DNA of 64,000 nt, from assembly GCF_018350175.1 (NCBI RefSeq), contig NC_058369.1, positions 151,652,001 through 151,716,000 of the forward strand, written 5' to 3'. The DNA comes from Felis catus. Its lineage: Eukaryota. The notes under the pieces were generated by a model. It did no database searches, was not told where the DNA came from, and worked only from the letters and a program-made list of their open reading frames with translations. The stretch's first letter is position 1, and each line of letters starts with the position of its first letter. Shown one piece after another: positions 51,179-64,000 of this stretch. Position numbers and translations under genes: made by a program.

Positions 51179-51369
51179 TATTATTTAGCTTTGTTGTAAG
51201 AAGAATCTGGAATCATTGAAATAATGGAATCAACGTGATTTTCAGGCAGATTTTTGGATCTGTCAGGATTCTAGTTTGATTCCCTTGGATTTCACCCTTT
51301 GGTAACATATGTTTGCTCTAAGGCAGTCACTAAAATTAAAATTAATGTAAATCAACCATTGCAAAGATT

Positions 51370-51560
51370 GTGTCTTAGATTTGAAAGAAACCTGAGTCAT
51401 CATCTGGTCTAAGTCCTTTATTATTTTAGAGGAGGAAACAGAACTCCATGGTCCTTGTGTCACTAGCTCAGGGACACAAAGTCAGTTCGAGGCAAAGAGG
51501 AACCTACTGTGCCTGCCTTTCTTGTCCCAGTCCATGCCCTGTCCACTATGCCACACTGAA
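51370..51560 (-). mobile_element. MIR fragment
   Basis: tcatctggtctaagtcctttattattttagaggaggaaacaga. Confidence 0.65.
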
Positions 51561-51729
51561 CTCCTTAAAAATAGATGTAAGATTCTTCGAAAATCACAGA
51601 TATGAATGGATGGGGATTTCCTTTAAACATCATTGTTTTTTTTACATCAAATTTCAAGTGTCCAACATGCATTTCTTTTGAACTAGGTTATTTTTCATTT
51701 TATAAAATGATCCCATTGATTCTATCTTT

Positions 51730-52050
51730 AGAATTTGTACTATGGAAATTTTGAAACAAGTATAAAAGCAAAGATAATGGCAAAATGAACCCCTGTGTAC
51801 CTGTCACTCAGCTTCTACACTTACCCCGTGGCCCATCTCATTTCATCTAATTCCCTCACCCAGTCTCCCACCCTCACCACATACATTGTTTTGAAGCAAA
51901 TCCCAGCCATTCCATAATTTAATCTATGAACATCTTAGTATTTATCTCTAAAAGATAAGAGCTTTTGAAAAGTTGTAAGCCAAAAACTAGCAATAATTCT
52001 TTAACATCACCAGTGTCCAGTGTTCAGATATCCCCAATTGTCTCAGAAAA
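51730..52050 (-). mobile_element. L1MB/MC-type 3' UTR
   Basis: atgaacccctgtgtacctgtcactcagcttc...ttttgaagcaaatcccag...tatctctaaaagataag. Confidence 0.75.
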
Positions 52051-52309
52051 TTTTCAAGTTAATATGAAGATTCCCAATTTGTTGTTAAAAACAAAAACCT
52101 GGATGTTTGTCCTTGGAGTGTCCCATTTTCTGAATTTTACGGTAACATCTGTAGAGTGAGGTGATTTAATTAAAATTGCTATCCTCTAATTAATGTAAAC
52201 AATATTTGACTTTTTAAAATGTAACTTAACAGTTCTTAGAGGAACGCATTTATTGTGGAAAATGTACTCTTAGCATGCATACACAGAATCTACATACACT
52301 CTTTTAATA

Positions 52310-52845
52310 CTCATGTCACATCATGCCACTTGTCTGCTGGAGACCCTTGGGTGGTTTGCCATCTCATCCAGAGTAAGGGCTACTGCCTGCCTCTGGTCTC
52401 AAGACCCTACATGATTTACTCTTAACGTAGCTCTCTGGCCTTCTCTTATTTCTTCTTTCATACTTTGGAATACAGCCAAGTGACTCACATCCTTAATCCT
52501 CTAAAACCCTTGTTCCTCTAAAATTTTACTTTCTCAGGAGGTTGACACCAGTTGTTCTCTTTCCCTGGAAAGTTTATCTCCCAGATGCCATGGCTCATTG
52601 CCTCTTTTCCCAGATATTTCCGTGACTCATTCCCTCATCTCTTTCCAGTCTTAGTCAAATGTCATCTTTTCAGTGAGGCCTTCCATATCCAACCTATTTT
52701 AAATAACCAACTCTGCTTAACACTCTCCATCCCCTTGTCTGTATTGTTTTTGTATATTTTGCCCATTTCTGTATTTTCAGTACCTAGGACAGCGCCTGGT
52801 TCATAATAGAGCTTTAGTAAATATTTGCTGAAGGCATGAATGAAT
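52310..52845 (+). mobile_element. L2 3' part
   Basis: Ends cctaggacagcgcctggttcataatagagctttagtaaatatttgctgaaggcatgaatgaat. Confidence 0.8.
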
Positions 52846-54246
52846 ATCTGTAGTTATATTTGTTTTGGAGAATTTTGTCAAGGTGAACAGTATTTACTCT
52901 AGATCAGAATGCCACCCCTGAATTCTTGGCTATTTTCCCATTCAAGTTAATTAGGCAAGTTAAGCTGGAAGAAAATCTACAAGTGCCCTTAAGTTCACCC
53001 TGTGAGCCTGAGACCAAGAATAATGTAGATTAATCCTAGTACATGGTTACTTGTTTCTTTCCCTTTTTTCTGGACTCTAATCTGGACCAATCTGTGCTCT
53101 TTAGAGATACAGTTCCTTCATGAGCTAAAGGCACCCTCTGAGAAAAAGAGAACGAGAAAGTGAACATTAAAGAGGAAAAGACTCCCAAGCCCCCTCTCCC
53201 GTGAATCTTCATAATCATGATCATTGTGCTTCATAGGGGTAGAGAAGGAAGAGAAAGTCCATCAACTGCTTCATTTGGGAGAATGAATCCCAGCTATTTT
53301 TTTCCTATTTATAATATATGCCTTGTTAATATCCTGATATCATCAAATGTTTCATTTGTTTTCTTTTGCCTTTACCTCCATCCCCTCTTATCCTGTGATG
53401 TCTCCAAATGTTATACTTTTCTGGGTGCCTTAAGTCTCCAGTGAGGTGGGAGTGCGTGAAGTCAACAGCAGGCTAAGGAATTATTTTTTAAATTTCTAGA
53501 TGAAAAACAACTAAGGGTCATGAATTCTGGCTTTCAGAGTTCTTATTGCAATACCCTACCTTTGTTGCTCACTGTCAATCTATGCACTGATACTTGTTGA
53601 AATTAGACCTTCATGGATATTTTACTTACTTGTGCTATCTTTGATTCTTTCACTGTGAATAAATTCTCTTCAAACTTGAAAGTGTGGCTGATAATCACAG
53701 AGGATATTAACCTGATTGGTAAGAACATCTTTCATTGCCTGGTTCTTCATATTTTGGGAACCCCAAAGACCCTAATACATGTACCATGTGGCACTGGATA
53801 AATATTGATTAGACTGATGAAAAGAAATATTTCATGAACATAACATATTAAAAAAGAATGAAACCAGTCACTTCATTACAGATAGAAAATAGGATATCCA
53901 ACTTATTATTAAAGTTTAAAAGAAGGTTTAGGCACAAAAATATGGAAGGAAGGAAAAGACTCCTAAGCTGATCCTACTGAAGAGTATTGAACATTCATTA
54001 ATTTGTTTACTCATTTATTTCACAAACATTTGTCAAGAGCCTACCATGTCCCAAGCAGTACTTTTTGTACTAAGTGTACAGAATGAGTTGAGCATATTCT
54101 TTGTCCTTAAAGGATGTTCCTAATAGGGGAAGCAGACAGCTATGTCAGCAATTACAGTCCACTTTGGTGAATACCATAATAGAGACAACAGAATGCCATT
54201 CCAACATACGTAAGTAGTACCAGCTGCATTTAAAAGAGGGTAGTCA

Positions 54247-54462
54247 GGGGGGTGCCTGCATGGTTCAGTTGGTTAGGTGTCTGACTCTTGGTTTCAGCTC
54301 AGGTCATGATCTCACAGCTTGTGGGTTCGAGCCCCACATTGGACTCTGTGCTGACAGCACAGATCCTGCTTAGGATTCTCTGTCTCCCTCTCTGTCTACC
54401 CCTCCCCTGCACTCTTTCTCTCTCCCTCAAATATGAATAATAATAATTAAACTTCAAAAACT
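54247..54462 (+). mobile_element. Can-SINE (older type)
   Basis: TSD aaagagggtagtcaggg / aaagagggttctcaggg. Confidence 0.94.
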
Positions 54463-55184
54463 AAAGAGGGTTCTCAGGGAATGATTCTTAAGCTGATACT
54501 AAAAATCGAGTAGGAATTAGATAGAATGATGGCCGGGAGCACAGAAGAAAATGGGAAATCATTCTTTAGACAATGGAGGAAGTAGGTCCAAAGCACACAT
54601 GTGCCTTCTGGGAACAGCAAGTATTCTGGCTGGAACTTAGAGTACTGATTGAGCCATGTTTTGAGATGAGGCTGGAAAAGGAGAAAATATGCCAGGGAAG
54701 GCTTTATATGTCATTGTGAAGAGTTTGAATTTCATCATTAAGCTACGGGCCACCTTTCAGAATTTTAAAAGTGGGGGTAGGTGAAGGCAGAGAGATGACA
54801 TAATTACAGAGATTGGATCTTTTGAGAGTAGAAGCCAAGAGCAAGTCTGAATGACAATGGAATAAACACAGAGGAAGTACACTTTTAGAAGTACACTCGA
54901 CAGGACTGATGATTGATTAAAATGTAGGAGTGGGCAGGCAAGGAGAGAAGGAGAATGAGGAGATTCAAGTGATGTTTAAAGATCCAGGGAAGAATGGAAG
55001 TTAAAATGAAGGGCAGCTTTAAGAAAGAAGAGATAGTTAACTCCTTGTGACAAAATCTCAAAGAAGTCAGACAAACTAACAATGACATATGGATTTATCA
55101 ATTAAGAATTAAATTGAGATGTATCACAGTAGTTCAGAGGAATGGTTACATTAGAAGCCAGTTTTCAATGCACTGAAGCATGAA

Positions 55185-55353
55185 CAGGCCCAAATTATGG
55201 GTAGTCTTCAGCTGTACTGTTTGGGGACTCCTTTATAAGAAAAAGGATACACAATTATGAATTCAAAACTGTATATAGAGTGTTAGAAGGGGTCCACACA
55301 ATGAGGGGTCCTGACATACAGCTTCATTTGCTTTTTCACAAATTCATCTTTGG
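55185..55353 (-). mobile_element. MER53-like hAT MITE
   Basis: tttggggactcctttataagaaaaaggatacacaattatgaattcaaaact...gaaggggtcc...tgaggggtcctga...agcttcatttgctt. Confidence 0.7.
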
Positions 55354-55466
55354 GCTGAAGAATGGGTGGGTGATGATGAAACAGCAAGCCTTCAAGAGGC
55401 TTGGTTTTGAAGGAAAGAAGAAAAATTGAAAAGTTACAGTGTGTGGAAGTGGAGAACAGAGGGCAA

Positions 55467-55467
<1 letters not shown>

Positions 55468-55502
<35 letters not shown>
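55468..55502. repeat. (TG)n microsatellite
   Basis: Direct read. Confidence 0.98.
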
Positions 55503-55507
<5 letters not shown>

Positions 55508-56129
55508 ATAGAGTGACATGAGCGTGCTGGTAATGTGACTTGAAGGGACAGAGAAGGTGTGGAAGGTAGACATAATACCTGAGGGAATGGGAGAGGATGG
55601 AATTAAGAGGACAAAGGGAAGAACATTCAAGGAGTGATCCGAATAAGAGGTTTCGAGGAAAGAAACCATTTGACATCCAGAAAGCTTTTGCTGGCTTTTA
55701 TCAAGGAAGTTTTAGTGTAGTGATGAAGATAGGAACCCAATGATGTTGTGTTGAAAAGTGAAAGGGAGCTGTAGTGGTGCAGCAGTGAGTGTGGCCTCCA
55801 AATCGGACATGTTTGTGAGGAGAAGCAGGGAGACTGGGCAGAAGCCAGGGGAGCGTGCAAGATCAAGCAAAGGTTTTATTATTGACTTATTCTGGGTGTG
55901 TTAGAAGATAGAGGAAGGTTATGCGTTGGGAGAATCCAATCAGAAGGGAGGGAGAGAGGGGATGAGGGAAATCTATCAAGGGAAAGAGAAGCCTTCGTTA
56001 AAAATGTTACTGCCCTACTTTGCAAAGCAATTGGTACAGATAAAGCATTCAAATAGTATAGAAATAAGGCACTATATGCAAATCTCCTATAATTACACCT
56101 TCTGAAAGCAAATGCTGGTAAAAAATTTT

Positions 56130-56570
56130 TTTTGGTTTTTGTACTTCCAGGCATTTTTCTATTATGAATACAAATATACATGCAACCATACAGATTTACA
56201 GGTAGCAACAAACTTTTTTTTCACAAGATTAATCTGCAATTGTAAGGTGATGTTCATTTAAGTTCTTAGAGCTGTGGTCCATTCTTTTTTGGTGGCAAAC
56301 CATTTTTTTTTTTTTGGCAACAAATCTTTATTTTAAAAATCAATCCTCTGTTGATAGCTGTAATTGTTTTCAGTTTACCACTATTAAAAGCAAGGCTATA
56401 ATCACCATCTTTGCATATTTATGTGAGTATCTGTATAGAATTTATTGCTTCAAGCATACTGCTAGGTCAAAAGGTATTTAAATCTATATTGTTACCAGTT
56501 ATTTCCAAATTTCCCCTCCAAAGTTCATTATTCTAATTTATACACCTGCCCACAGCCCATCGAGTGCTTA
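56130..56570 (-). mobile_element. Old L1ME-like fragment
   Basis: aattgttttcagtttaccactattaaaagcaaggcta...gctaggtcaaaaggtat...aatttatacacc. Confidence 0.65.
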
Positions 56571-57279
56571 GAAAATCATGTTTTGACATTAAACTTAACT
56601 CAGTGAAAAACTGGAGTGATCACACTCCAAAGTCCTCTGAATTAGCCAGAAATCCTTTGCGGAAGTGTCTCAAATATCTTATCTTCCTCTGATTAAAATT
56701 TTATTGAAGAAGCTGAATTCAACAGCGCGTAACAAACTGTTTGAATTTTGTTATCATTTGATTTACTACTAACATTCTTGTTCTACAAATATGCAAGGAT
56801 TTTGGCTGTCTTACAGGTTTAAGTATATGGATTTCTAGAACTTTAGACGCAGAAGGCATTTACAGAACATGCAGGTCAGCCTTCTTATATAGCTGAAAAA
56901 AATTGATGGTCAGAGTAGCTGGGTTTCCCCACATACACCCAGTAATCTTCTGCACAATTGCTTCTTTCTGGTGTTGATTTTACCTGGAATGCCTTCTTAC
57001 GCTGCTTAGCTCAGCTCCCTTGTATACAACACTACAGACTTCCCTGCTCTTGACAGGGTCTGCCTGGCATTATAGCAGCCTGTTTCTTGTTTCCTACATC
57101 TTCAGCTATAAGGTTTTTCTGAGCAAGACCATGTCTTACTTATTCTTGAGTCCTTAGTTCCTAGGGTATACACATGCCTTGCCTAAATCTTTTTGAATTT
57201 CCCCCCAGGGAATGAATCTAGGCAATTATAATGGATTGTAAATTGTAAAACAGAGACATTCAGTCTGTATTTTACCTTC

Positions 57280-57317
57280 TAATGAAGGTACACAGACTAC
57301 TTCTGAGGTTTTCTTGG

Positions 57318-57369
<52 letters not shown>

Positions 57370-57517
57370 AAGAAAGACCCTGAATCTAATCTAGCCTCCA
57401 GCTAGACTATCAATATATATCGGGCAGAGGAACATGCTAAAGGACCATAAGGATGCAATCAGCAAAAGCTAGACTGGTCCAAATACACAGGACAACTAGT
57501 CTCATGTCTTCAACAAA

Positions 57518-57562
<45 letters not shown>

Positions 57563-57950
57563 GATAGGAGAACTTATATATTCAAGAAGACTTAAGAGAT
57601 TTATCAACCAAGTATACTACATTTTGATCCTGATTTGTATGTATGCATTGTTAAAAAAAAAAGAGACAATTGGAGAAATTTGAAGACTAATTGGATATTT
57701 GATGATACTGAGGAATTATTGCTATCTTTTTTTGGTTAATGCCATTGTAGCTATGGTTTTCAAAGAAAAGGTCATGATGTCATGATGTTTTTAGAGGTAC
57801 ATACTGACGTTTTTATGGGCAAAATTATGCAACAGTTGGGATTTGCTTCAAAACAATTTAAGTTTGATAATTGTCGAAGTTTGGTGATGGGTATGCAGGG
57901 ATTATTGTATGATTTTCTCGAGTTATTTGTATGTTAAAATTGTGATAGAA
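57280..57950 (+). mobile_element. Old L1MC/ME 3' UTR fragment with (GA)n (57320-57365) and (AAT)n (57519-57559)
   Basis: ggatgcaatcagcaaa...gacttaagaga...tggatatttgatgata...tgggatttgcttcaaaa. Confidence 0.75.
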
Positions 57951-58077
57951 GATGTTTTGGGATGTGGATAAATGAATATTACAAATTTATTTTTTAACTT
58001 AAGCTGGAACAGATTTCCTCATTTACACCTTTACCTTCATTCTTTTCTAGTTGCCTGGCTATAATAGAAGTGCTTTT

Positions 58078-58314
58078 TATTTTTTTCAATTATTTTTAAA
58101 ATATAATTTATTGTCAAATTGGTTTCCATATAACACCCAGTGCTCATCCCAACAAGTGCCCTCCTCCCTGCCCGTCACCCACTTTCCCCTCTCCCCCACT
58201 CCCCATCTACCCTTAGTTTGTTCTCAGTCCTTAAGAGTCTCTTATGGTTTGCCTCCCTCCCTCCCTGTAATGTTTTTTTTCCTCCCTTCCCCTCCCCCAT
58301 GGTCTTCTGTTAAG
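58078..58314 (-). mobile_element. Feline L1 (L1_Fc-like) 3' end, 5'-truncated
   Basis: aatttattgtcaaattggtttccatataacacccagtgctcatcccaacaagtgccctcc; TSD ataatagaagtg. Confidence 0.95.
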
Positions 58315-61300
58315 ATAATAGAAGTGTTTTTTAAAGGAGCTTTGAGCTAGGAGGGATACAGACAGTTTTAATGTAACATATAGGAGATATATCGGTAGTA
58401 GATGTACCTGTGCAGTAACTAAATTCTTACTGGCCTTCAGATATCCAAGTTGAAGCCCAAATAACCATGAGGCTTTCTTCCATTTCCTCTATACTCAGAT
58501 TTCAGGATCTAAAATTCCCCCTTCCCCTGTACAGTGTGGAAACAAATGGAAGCATGAATGGCAGATACCCCCCATTGGAGGATGCACTTCAAAGGAGTTG
58601 GGACTTTGGCATGAGAGGAAGTAGAGGAGAGTGAAAGGAAGAGGGGAGTGAAGGCCCATAAGGGTGGAGAAGAGCACAGAGTCTGTTATTGGAGAATGAC
58701 TGTTTCCCTGGCTTCATTCTTCTCAGGACGATTGAACTCTTAGGAGTCTTCTAAGACTTTCTGCATCTAAGCATTACCTACCTGATCCCTGGACACTCTC
58801 AGGCATTTCCAAACACCAGGTTACCTGCTAGGTGGGAGCGCTGTTTGTACGCAATTTTCCCATGTTGTTGACGTTGACATTGTACGTTCCTGGACTACAA
58901 GGGCCATCTATGAATTCAGGGAACCATTGATTAGAGTTTTCTATGTTACTTAGTGTGTGTCAGTAAAAAGACCTCGTTAAACACAAATGGAAGAGTAGGT
59001 CCTCAGGGAATACCTCTCAAATACCAAGTATATTTACATGGCCTGCAGTTTCCTTGGTAACTCACAGAATCGGGAGCAGGAAGGGCTTTTGAGCTTGCTC
59101 CCACGGAGATGGAACGTGGTAGTTGTGGGAGGTTATGGTTTCTTCTCCACATGGCTGAAATTCGCAGGAGAGTTGCTACCAGCCTACTTTTTTGTACTTG
59201 TGGAATACTCAGGGAATCACTTGGAGCTAAGTTTCTTCCAACTGCGCATTTCTACATTCAAACGTTTAGGAGAGTAAGTTGCGTGATTTACATTGATTTT
59301 CACTCTTAGTCAGAGGCTGGTGAGAGTCTTATTCTGAGTTCCACTAGCTTAGGTATGTGTAGACATTTGTAAGATTCTCTAAGAGCCTAACCAAGTATTT
59401 CCTTCGAAAATAATATTCTGTGTGCAAAGACTATTGAGACAGGGATGATTTAACCTACAAAAATGAATGCAGAGTTTTCCAATGCCTGAAGACAGATTTG
59501 GTTGTTTCTTATTACTTGATAGGATTGAAATATCCTGCACATTAAGATTTTAAGTTAATGTCAAATGCATACACACTATATATACTATGTTCTGTGTGTG
59601 CCATACATATATACACACACCCTGAAGGATAGGAAAGTAATATTGATAATAAAGGCAAAAAAAAAAAAAACACTGAAGATTCTAAAAGACCCAAGTGGAA
59701 GCAGAAGACTTTTAACCTCATCCTGATGGAGTTAACACCTTAATTCCTGTTTACAATTGTCCTACAGATTTGGGGTTATGTAAGAATTCCTCAGTTAGGC
59801 CTGTTTCATGTGGGAAGAAAGATTGAGAATGAATCTTTTGTTCAGGAAATTGACTGGAACTAGCTTGGGGGCCAATTCTTGCTTGTCAATCATGTTCTTG
59901 TCTTTTCAAGATAATGCATCTATTTTTTTTTCCTTCTTAGCCCCTGGCTAATAAGTGATCCTAAAACTAAAAAAAAACACACACACACACAGAAACATCA
60001 AAAATTATCTGTAGCAGCAAGCTTAGTGATATTAAGCATATATTGAGCTAAAATGCTCCAACTTGCAAGGACTAGGTATTGGGTGTTCATGGGTCGCTTT
60101 AAAATTATAGGTTATTGTAAAGGTTGCTATGAAAATAATGAAACGGCCAGAAAAATATTTCCCAATATTTTCTTAGTAAAAATAATATCTTTCCTTTAGA
60201 AGGAGAGGGCCAATGTTAATTTCAATAATTGGAGATCTAGAAAAGAAAGAAAACTGTGACCTAGAGAATCTCATGAGGTGATAGATACATGAGGTCCTTC
60301 TACACCTCGTCTTACCTTAGGGGCCACTCTCCATCCATATTATACCTGCCTCAACTGACTGGTATCTGCAGCCTTCTCAAAACCTAAGTGGTATTTCCTA
60401 GAAAACACCCATTTATCAAGCATCATGCTGCCTCCTGTACTGATGCTTGCAGGTTGTACAGCACCTGAGAATGAAGTCTATGGCCTTCTGATCTGTTGTC
60501 CTCCCTCTCTCTTGGCTGCCTGCCTTCCCCCTCCCTCTGAATTAAATTACTTCTTTGGCCAGCCAAATGGTTTTTTGAAAAGGCAGAGAGAAGGAATAGG
60601 AACCACAGAGAAAAACTATCTCATGAGAACAGTGTCTGTTTTAAGACACCTGTTATTGGAAATTAGTTTCACAACTGAGGTCATAATCAAATGATGTCAT
60701 GGATCCAAAGAGTCCTGAAGTAATCTATTGGGGAGTACTAAAGCAGGAACACTTGTAAGAGCTATACAGACGTGTCTTCACCTACCAAGAGATACAACTG
60801 AGCCCACCATTCTCCCGGTGATGTTAAATTCCCTTGTTGCAACATGGTTTTGTGTATGGGTTGAATGGAGACTTCCATCAGAGGCAGAAAAGCAGAGGGA
60901 ATGAGGTTGGCCTCTGATGTCATAGGAAGAATGAAGAGTAGCTATTTCTTTTTAAAAATAGGATCTGAAAGGGTAATGAAATCTGTTTTCTTGATTTGGG
61001 GGGAGAGAGTATACAATCATTACAAAGACATGGACATTTTTAAGGAAAGTTCTCTGTTCTCATTATTTGGCATGTTTTCTGTGAAAAGACTTTCACTCGG
61101 AGTGTTTTCAATGTACGAGTTTTAGATTACTGCCAGAATGCACTACAGGAAGCATGTGAATGGGAGACCACCATGTTCACTCCAAGGCTCTGGAACAGAA
61201 CAGTAGTAGATATTTGGGTACTTGGGTTGAAAATTGCAAACAATGAATAAAGAAAGGGAAGAATATGTTGAGGATTATTAATTATTCGTTTATATAGGAG

Positions 61301-62135
61301 CACTAGGCAAGGGATGACAGCCATTTGGAGCCAGATGGGAATTGGCAAAAAGAGTCTCTTCAGTGCAGAGGAAGGCTGAGAAAAACTTTGCCTAAGAACA
61401 AGATGAGAATTGGGTAGAACAAGCAAAAGAATGTTCACTTTCATGGAGAGAGTAGTACTTGATCGGAAATGGAATAAATTTAGGCAAGTAGAGGAAGATA
61501 AGCAGAGTTTAAAGATTGTTAAGTGCTATGGCTTAGAGATTGTTCAGAGATTGGAGACTGTTAAGAACTATGGTAGACTCCGCACCTCCATTAAACCCTC
61601 GTAGTCGACTCTTTGCTTATTGTATAATATGGTCAAAAGATATTATCGCCTAAACAGCTGGCATTAGAGTTGCTCTTATAGAGGGAACTGTCTTTGGCTG
61701 GGATTTTATTTAAGTGTTTACGGAAGGCATGCTGGTTCCAAGGCATCAGAGAGAAGGAAAAGATTTTCTGCCCTTCACACAATGAGAAGAGAGCTGAAGG
61801 GACAGAGAGGAGAGAAAGACGGGATGAGAAATCAAGCATAACGTGATATGTGCTAGATGCTGTGTCAGGAAAGGTCCAGTTGGCACATTTCGTAGCCCGC
61901 TGACCAACAAGCTCTTCTGGGTAAAGAAATTTCTTAGATTCAGGCATCTCCCTGGTCCTGCAAAAAACAAAAACAAATACACAGCAGCAACAGCAAAACT
62001 ACACAATCAAACCCCCGATGGTAAGCTTGTACACAAAAACCTCTTCAAAACATGTCCCCTACCCACCTCTTCTTCCAACTTGATTGCTGTTCATAATCTC
62101 CTCCGATGTAGAAATTTGTAGCTGCAACAGACTCC

Positions 62136-62139
<4 letters not shown>

Positions 62140-62177
<38 letters not shown>
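62140..62177. repeat. (TG)n microsatellite
   Basis: Direct read. Confidence 0.98.
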
Positions 62178-62180
<3 letters not shown>

Positions 62181-63229
62181 AAATCTACTATACTCCCAAA
62201 TTCTCTGTGTGGGTTGAGTCTGGGGGCAAGTGGTACAGGAGCTAAATTCCATGTTCAGTGTGATGCTATGCAGAAAAAAGTCACTCATTAAGTCACTAAC
62301 TCCAGTTGAGCTATTTTTTCTTCAACTGGCACTGAAATGTCTTTATTTTAAAAAGATACTAGAAACATCACTGTATCAGGCCCTGTCTCTAGCTGCCTCT
62401 CTGACACACTTCCTAAACTGGTTCTAGCCTACTTATGTTTTTGTTTTAAGAATTTGAAACTACTAAGCAAAAACCGAGTTGAATATGGATTAAATCAAGT
62501 CCTGCCACCAGAAAGGTTGATATCCTTTCCTGGAGTCTACGTATCAAGTCTGTCTGAATATACGAAATGTACTATTTGCCATAGTTTCTTTTTCCAATTT
62601 GGAAAAATTTGTATGGTGGCAAAATGTTTATAAATAAGTACAAAAAGAGCCAGGACATCTGGGTTGTAATCCGAAATTTTCCAGTAACTTCCTCTGTAAT
62701 ATTGGTAAATCAGCCGACATTTCTGGATATGAGTTGCTGGATTTACAAAATAACAAGACTGGATCTGACTCTCCTCAAGGACCTTCCTCCTTCAAATATC
62801 TATAAATGTTTGAAGCTCCGGCCAAATCAAATGACTGTTTTGAAGTCTTATAAAAATATCCTAAGGCTGCAGTCAACCCCATAAAGAGCTGATGCTATTA
62901 TTTAGGTACTTCCAGTCACTCAATTTATTTAGTTTAATCCTTAGATAATTAAAATAAGTGAGTCAGAAACAATAAAAGAATTCGAGCAGTGAAGCAATAG
63001 AAATCGGCTCTAATCACCTTTGAAAATAATCACTTCCTAGAGTTCCTCCAAAAAGATTATGTGAAAACAAGTAGTTAATTATTATAGTAGCCACCATCTG
63101 GCCTAAATTTGAAAAATAACATACATTTTGAGAGGAGAGTGAGTTCATGTTAGAATAACTTAGTCACGAGCAAGATAAAATTCTCAACATCACTGGTCAT
63201 AGAAATGTAAGTTAAAACAAGAAAATGTT

Positions 63230-63450
63230 GGGGCACCTGGGTGGCTCAGTCGGTTAAGCAGCCGACTTCGGCTCAGGTCATGATCTTATGGTCCGTGAGT
63301 TCGAGCCCCGCGTCGGGCTCTGTGCTGACAGCTCAGAGCCTGGAGCCTGTTTCGGATTCTGTGTCTCCCTCTCGCTGACCCTCCCCCGTTTATGCTCTGT
63401 CTCTCTCTGTCTCAAAAATAAATAAACGTTAAAAAAAATTAAAAAAAAAA
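63230..63450 (+). mobile_element. Young SINEC_Fc
   Basis: TSD aagaaaatgtt; CpG-intact. Confidence 0.97.
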
Positions 63451-63683
63451 AAGAAAATGTTTTGCCTATGAGATTTGAAAAAGCCTAGATAGAACATAAT
63501 AACTAAGGCTGATAAATGTAGAGTGGGTGGGGAAGTACTAGTTAAAGCAACCAGATGCAGAATTACTGGAAGCAAAGAAAAATAAATTGTGGCTCATTAG
63601 CCTCAATAGTATTCAGAGAACAGCCTTGATATAAATCAACGAAAGAGGTGGTGCCCTTCACATATATATGTACAATTCATTGT

Positions 63684-63684
<1 letters not shown>

Positions 63685-63718
<34 letters not shown>
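63685..63718. repeat. (TG)n microsatellite
   Basis: Direct read. Confidence 0.98.
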
Positions 63719-63720
<2 letters not shown>

Positions 63721-64000
63721 TGGGGAGAGAGAGAAAGGAGATTCTATAGGTCAAGAGACTTATTCCTCTACCGGTAGGAATCTTAAAAGATAAGTAAGAA
63801 TAATTAATTGGTATGAATACTATAGAATATAAGAAAAAAGAGATAATTCCAATTCCTGGTCCATTGGATGAATTCTAAGGGAAAATTGGGATTGGGAAAT
63901 TCACTGAGAGATGGCAGTATCAGGCTAGGAGCACTCTGAAGCATTGTGTGAGGACTGAGGGCACAGAGGATAGTGGCCACTGAGTCCTGATGGAGGGTGG

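Larger units (their letters stand above)
53995..55930 (-). mobile_element. L2 fragments (interrupted by a SINE, MER53 and (TG)n)
   Basis: cattcattaatttgtttactcatttatttcacaaacatttgtcaagagcctaccatgtccc L2 tail, followed by purine-rich antisense L2 body. Confidence 0.75.

Noticed and set aside
59038-59290. Hydrophobic 79-aa ORF ending near a GTAAGT donor-like site
   Set aside because: No homology recognised, no convincing acceptor or partner exon

Overview
Mammalian genomic DNA, almost certainly from a felid: it holds about 26 Can-SINE (SINEC_Fc-type) copies or fragments, mostly with target-site duplications (TSDs), and carnivore/feline L1 3' ends. Three N-gaps (20672-20850, 24316-24790, 39357-39571) point to a scaffolded draft assembly. 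I recognise no protein-coding gene. The ORF track is explained by SINE, L1 and chance ORFs, so the window looks intergenic or deep intronic. It also contains ancient repeats (L1M, L2, MIR, MER5A/20/53/58A, Tigger1, LTR16, MER34, MLT1/MLT2), a tailless 5S rRNA retropseudogene, microsatellites and a ~0.5 kb orphan CpG island. I cannot support a new biological system here. The best leads are: (1) a 107-bp non-TE duplication whose source ends in a perfect hairpin and whose copy interrupts an L2; (2) the CpG island, which carries a signal-peptide-like small ORF; (3) several unusual retrotransposition junctions; (4) candidate developmental enhancers. Repeat subfamily names come from remembered consensus sequences, and old-repeat boundaries are approximate.
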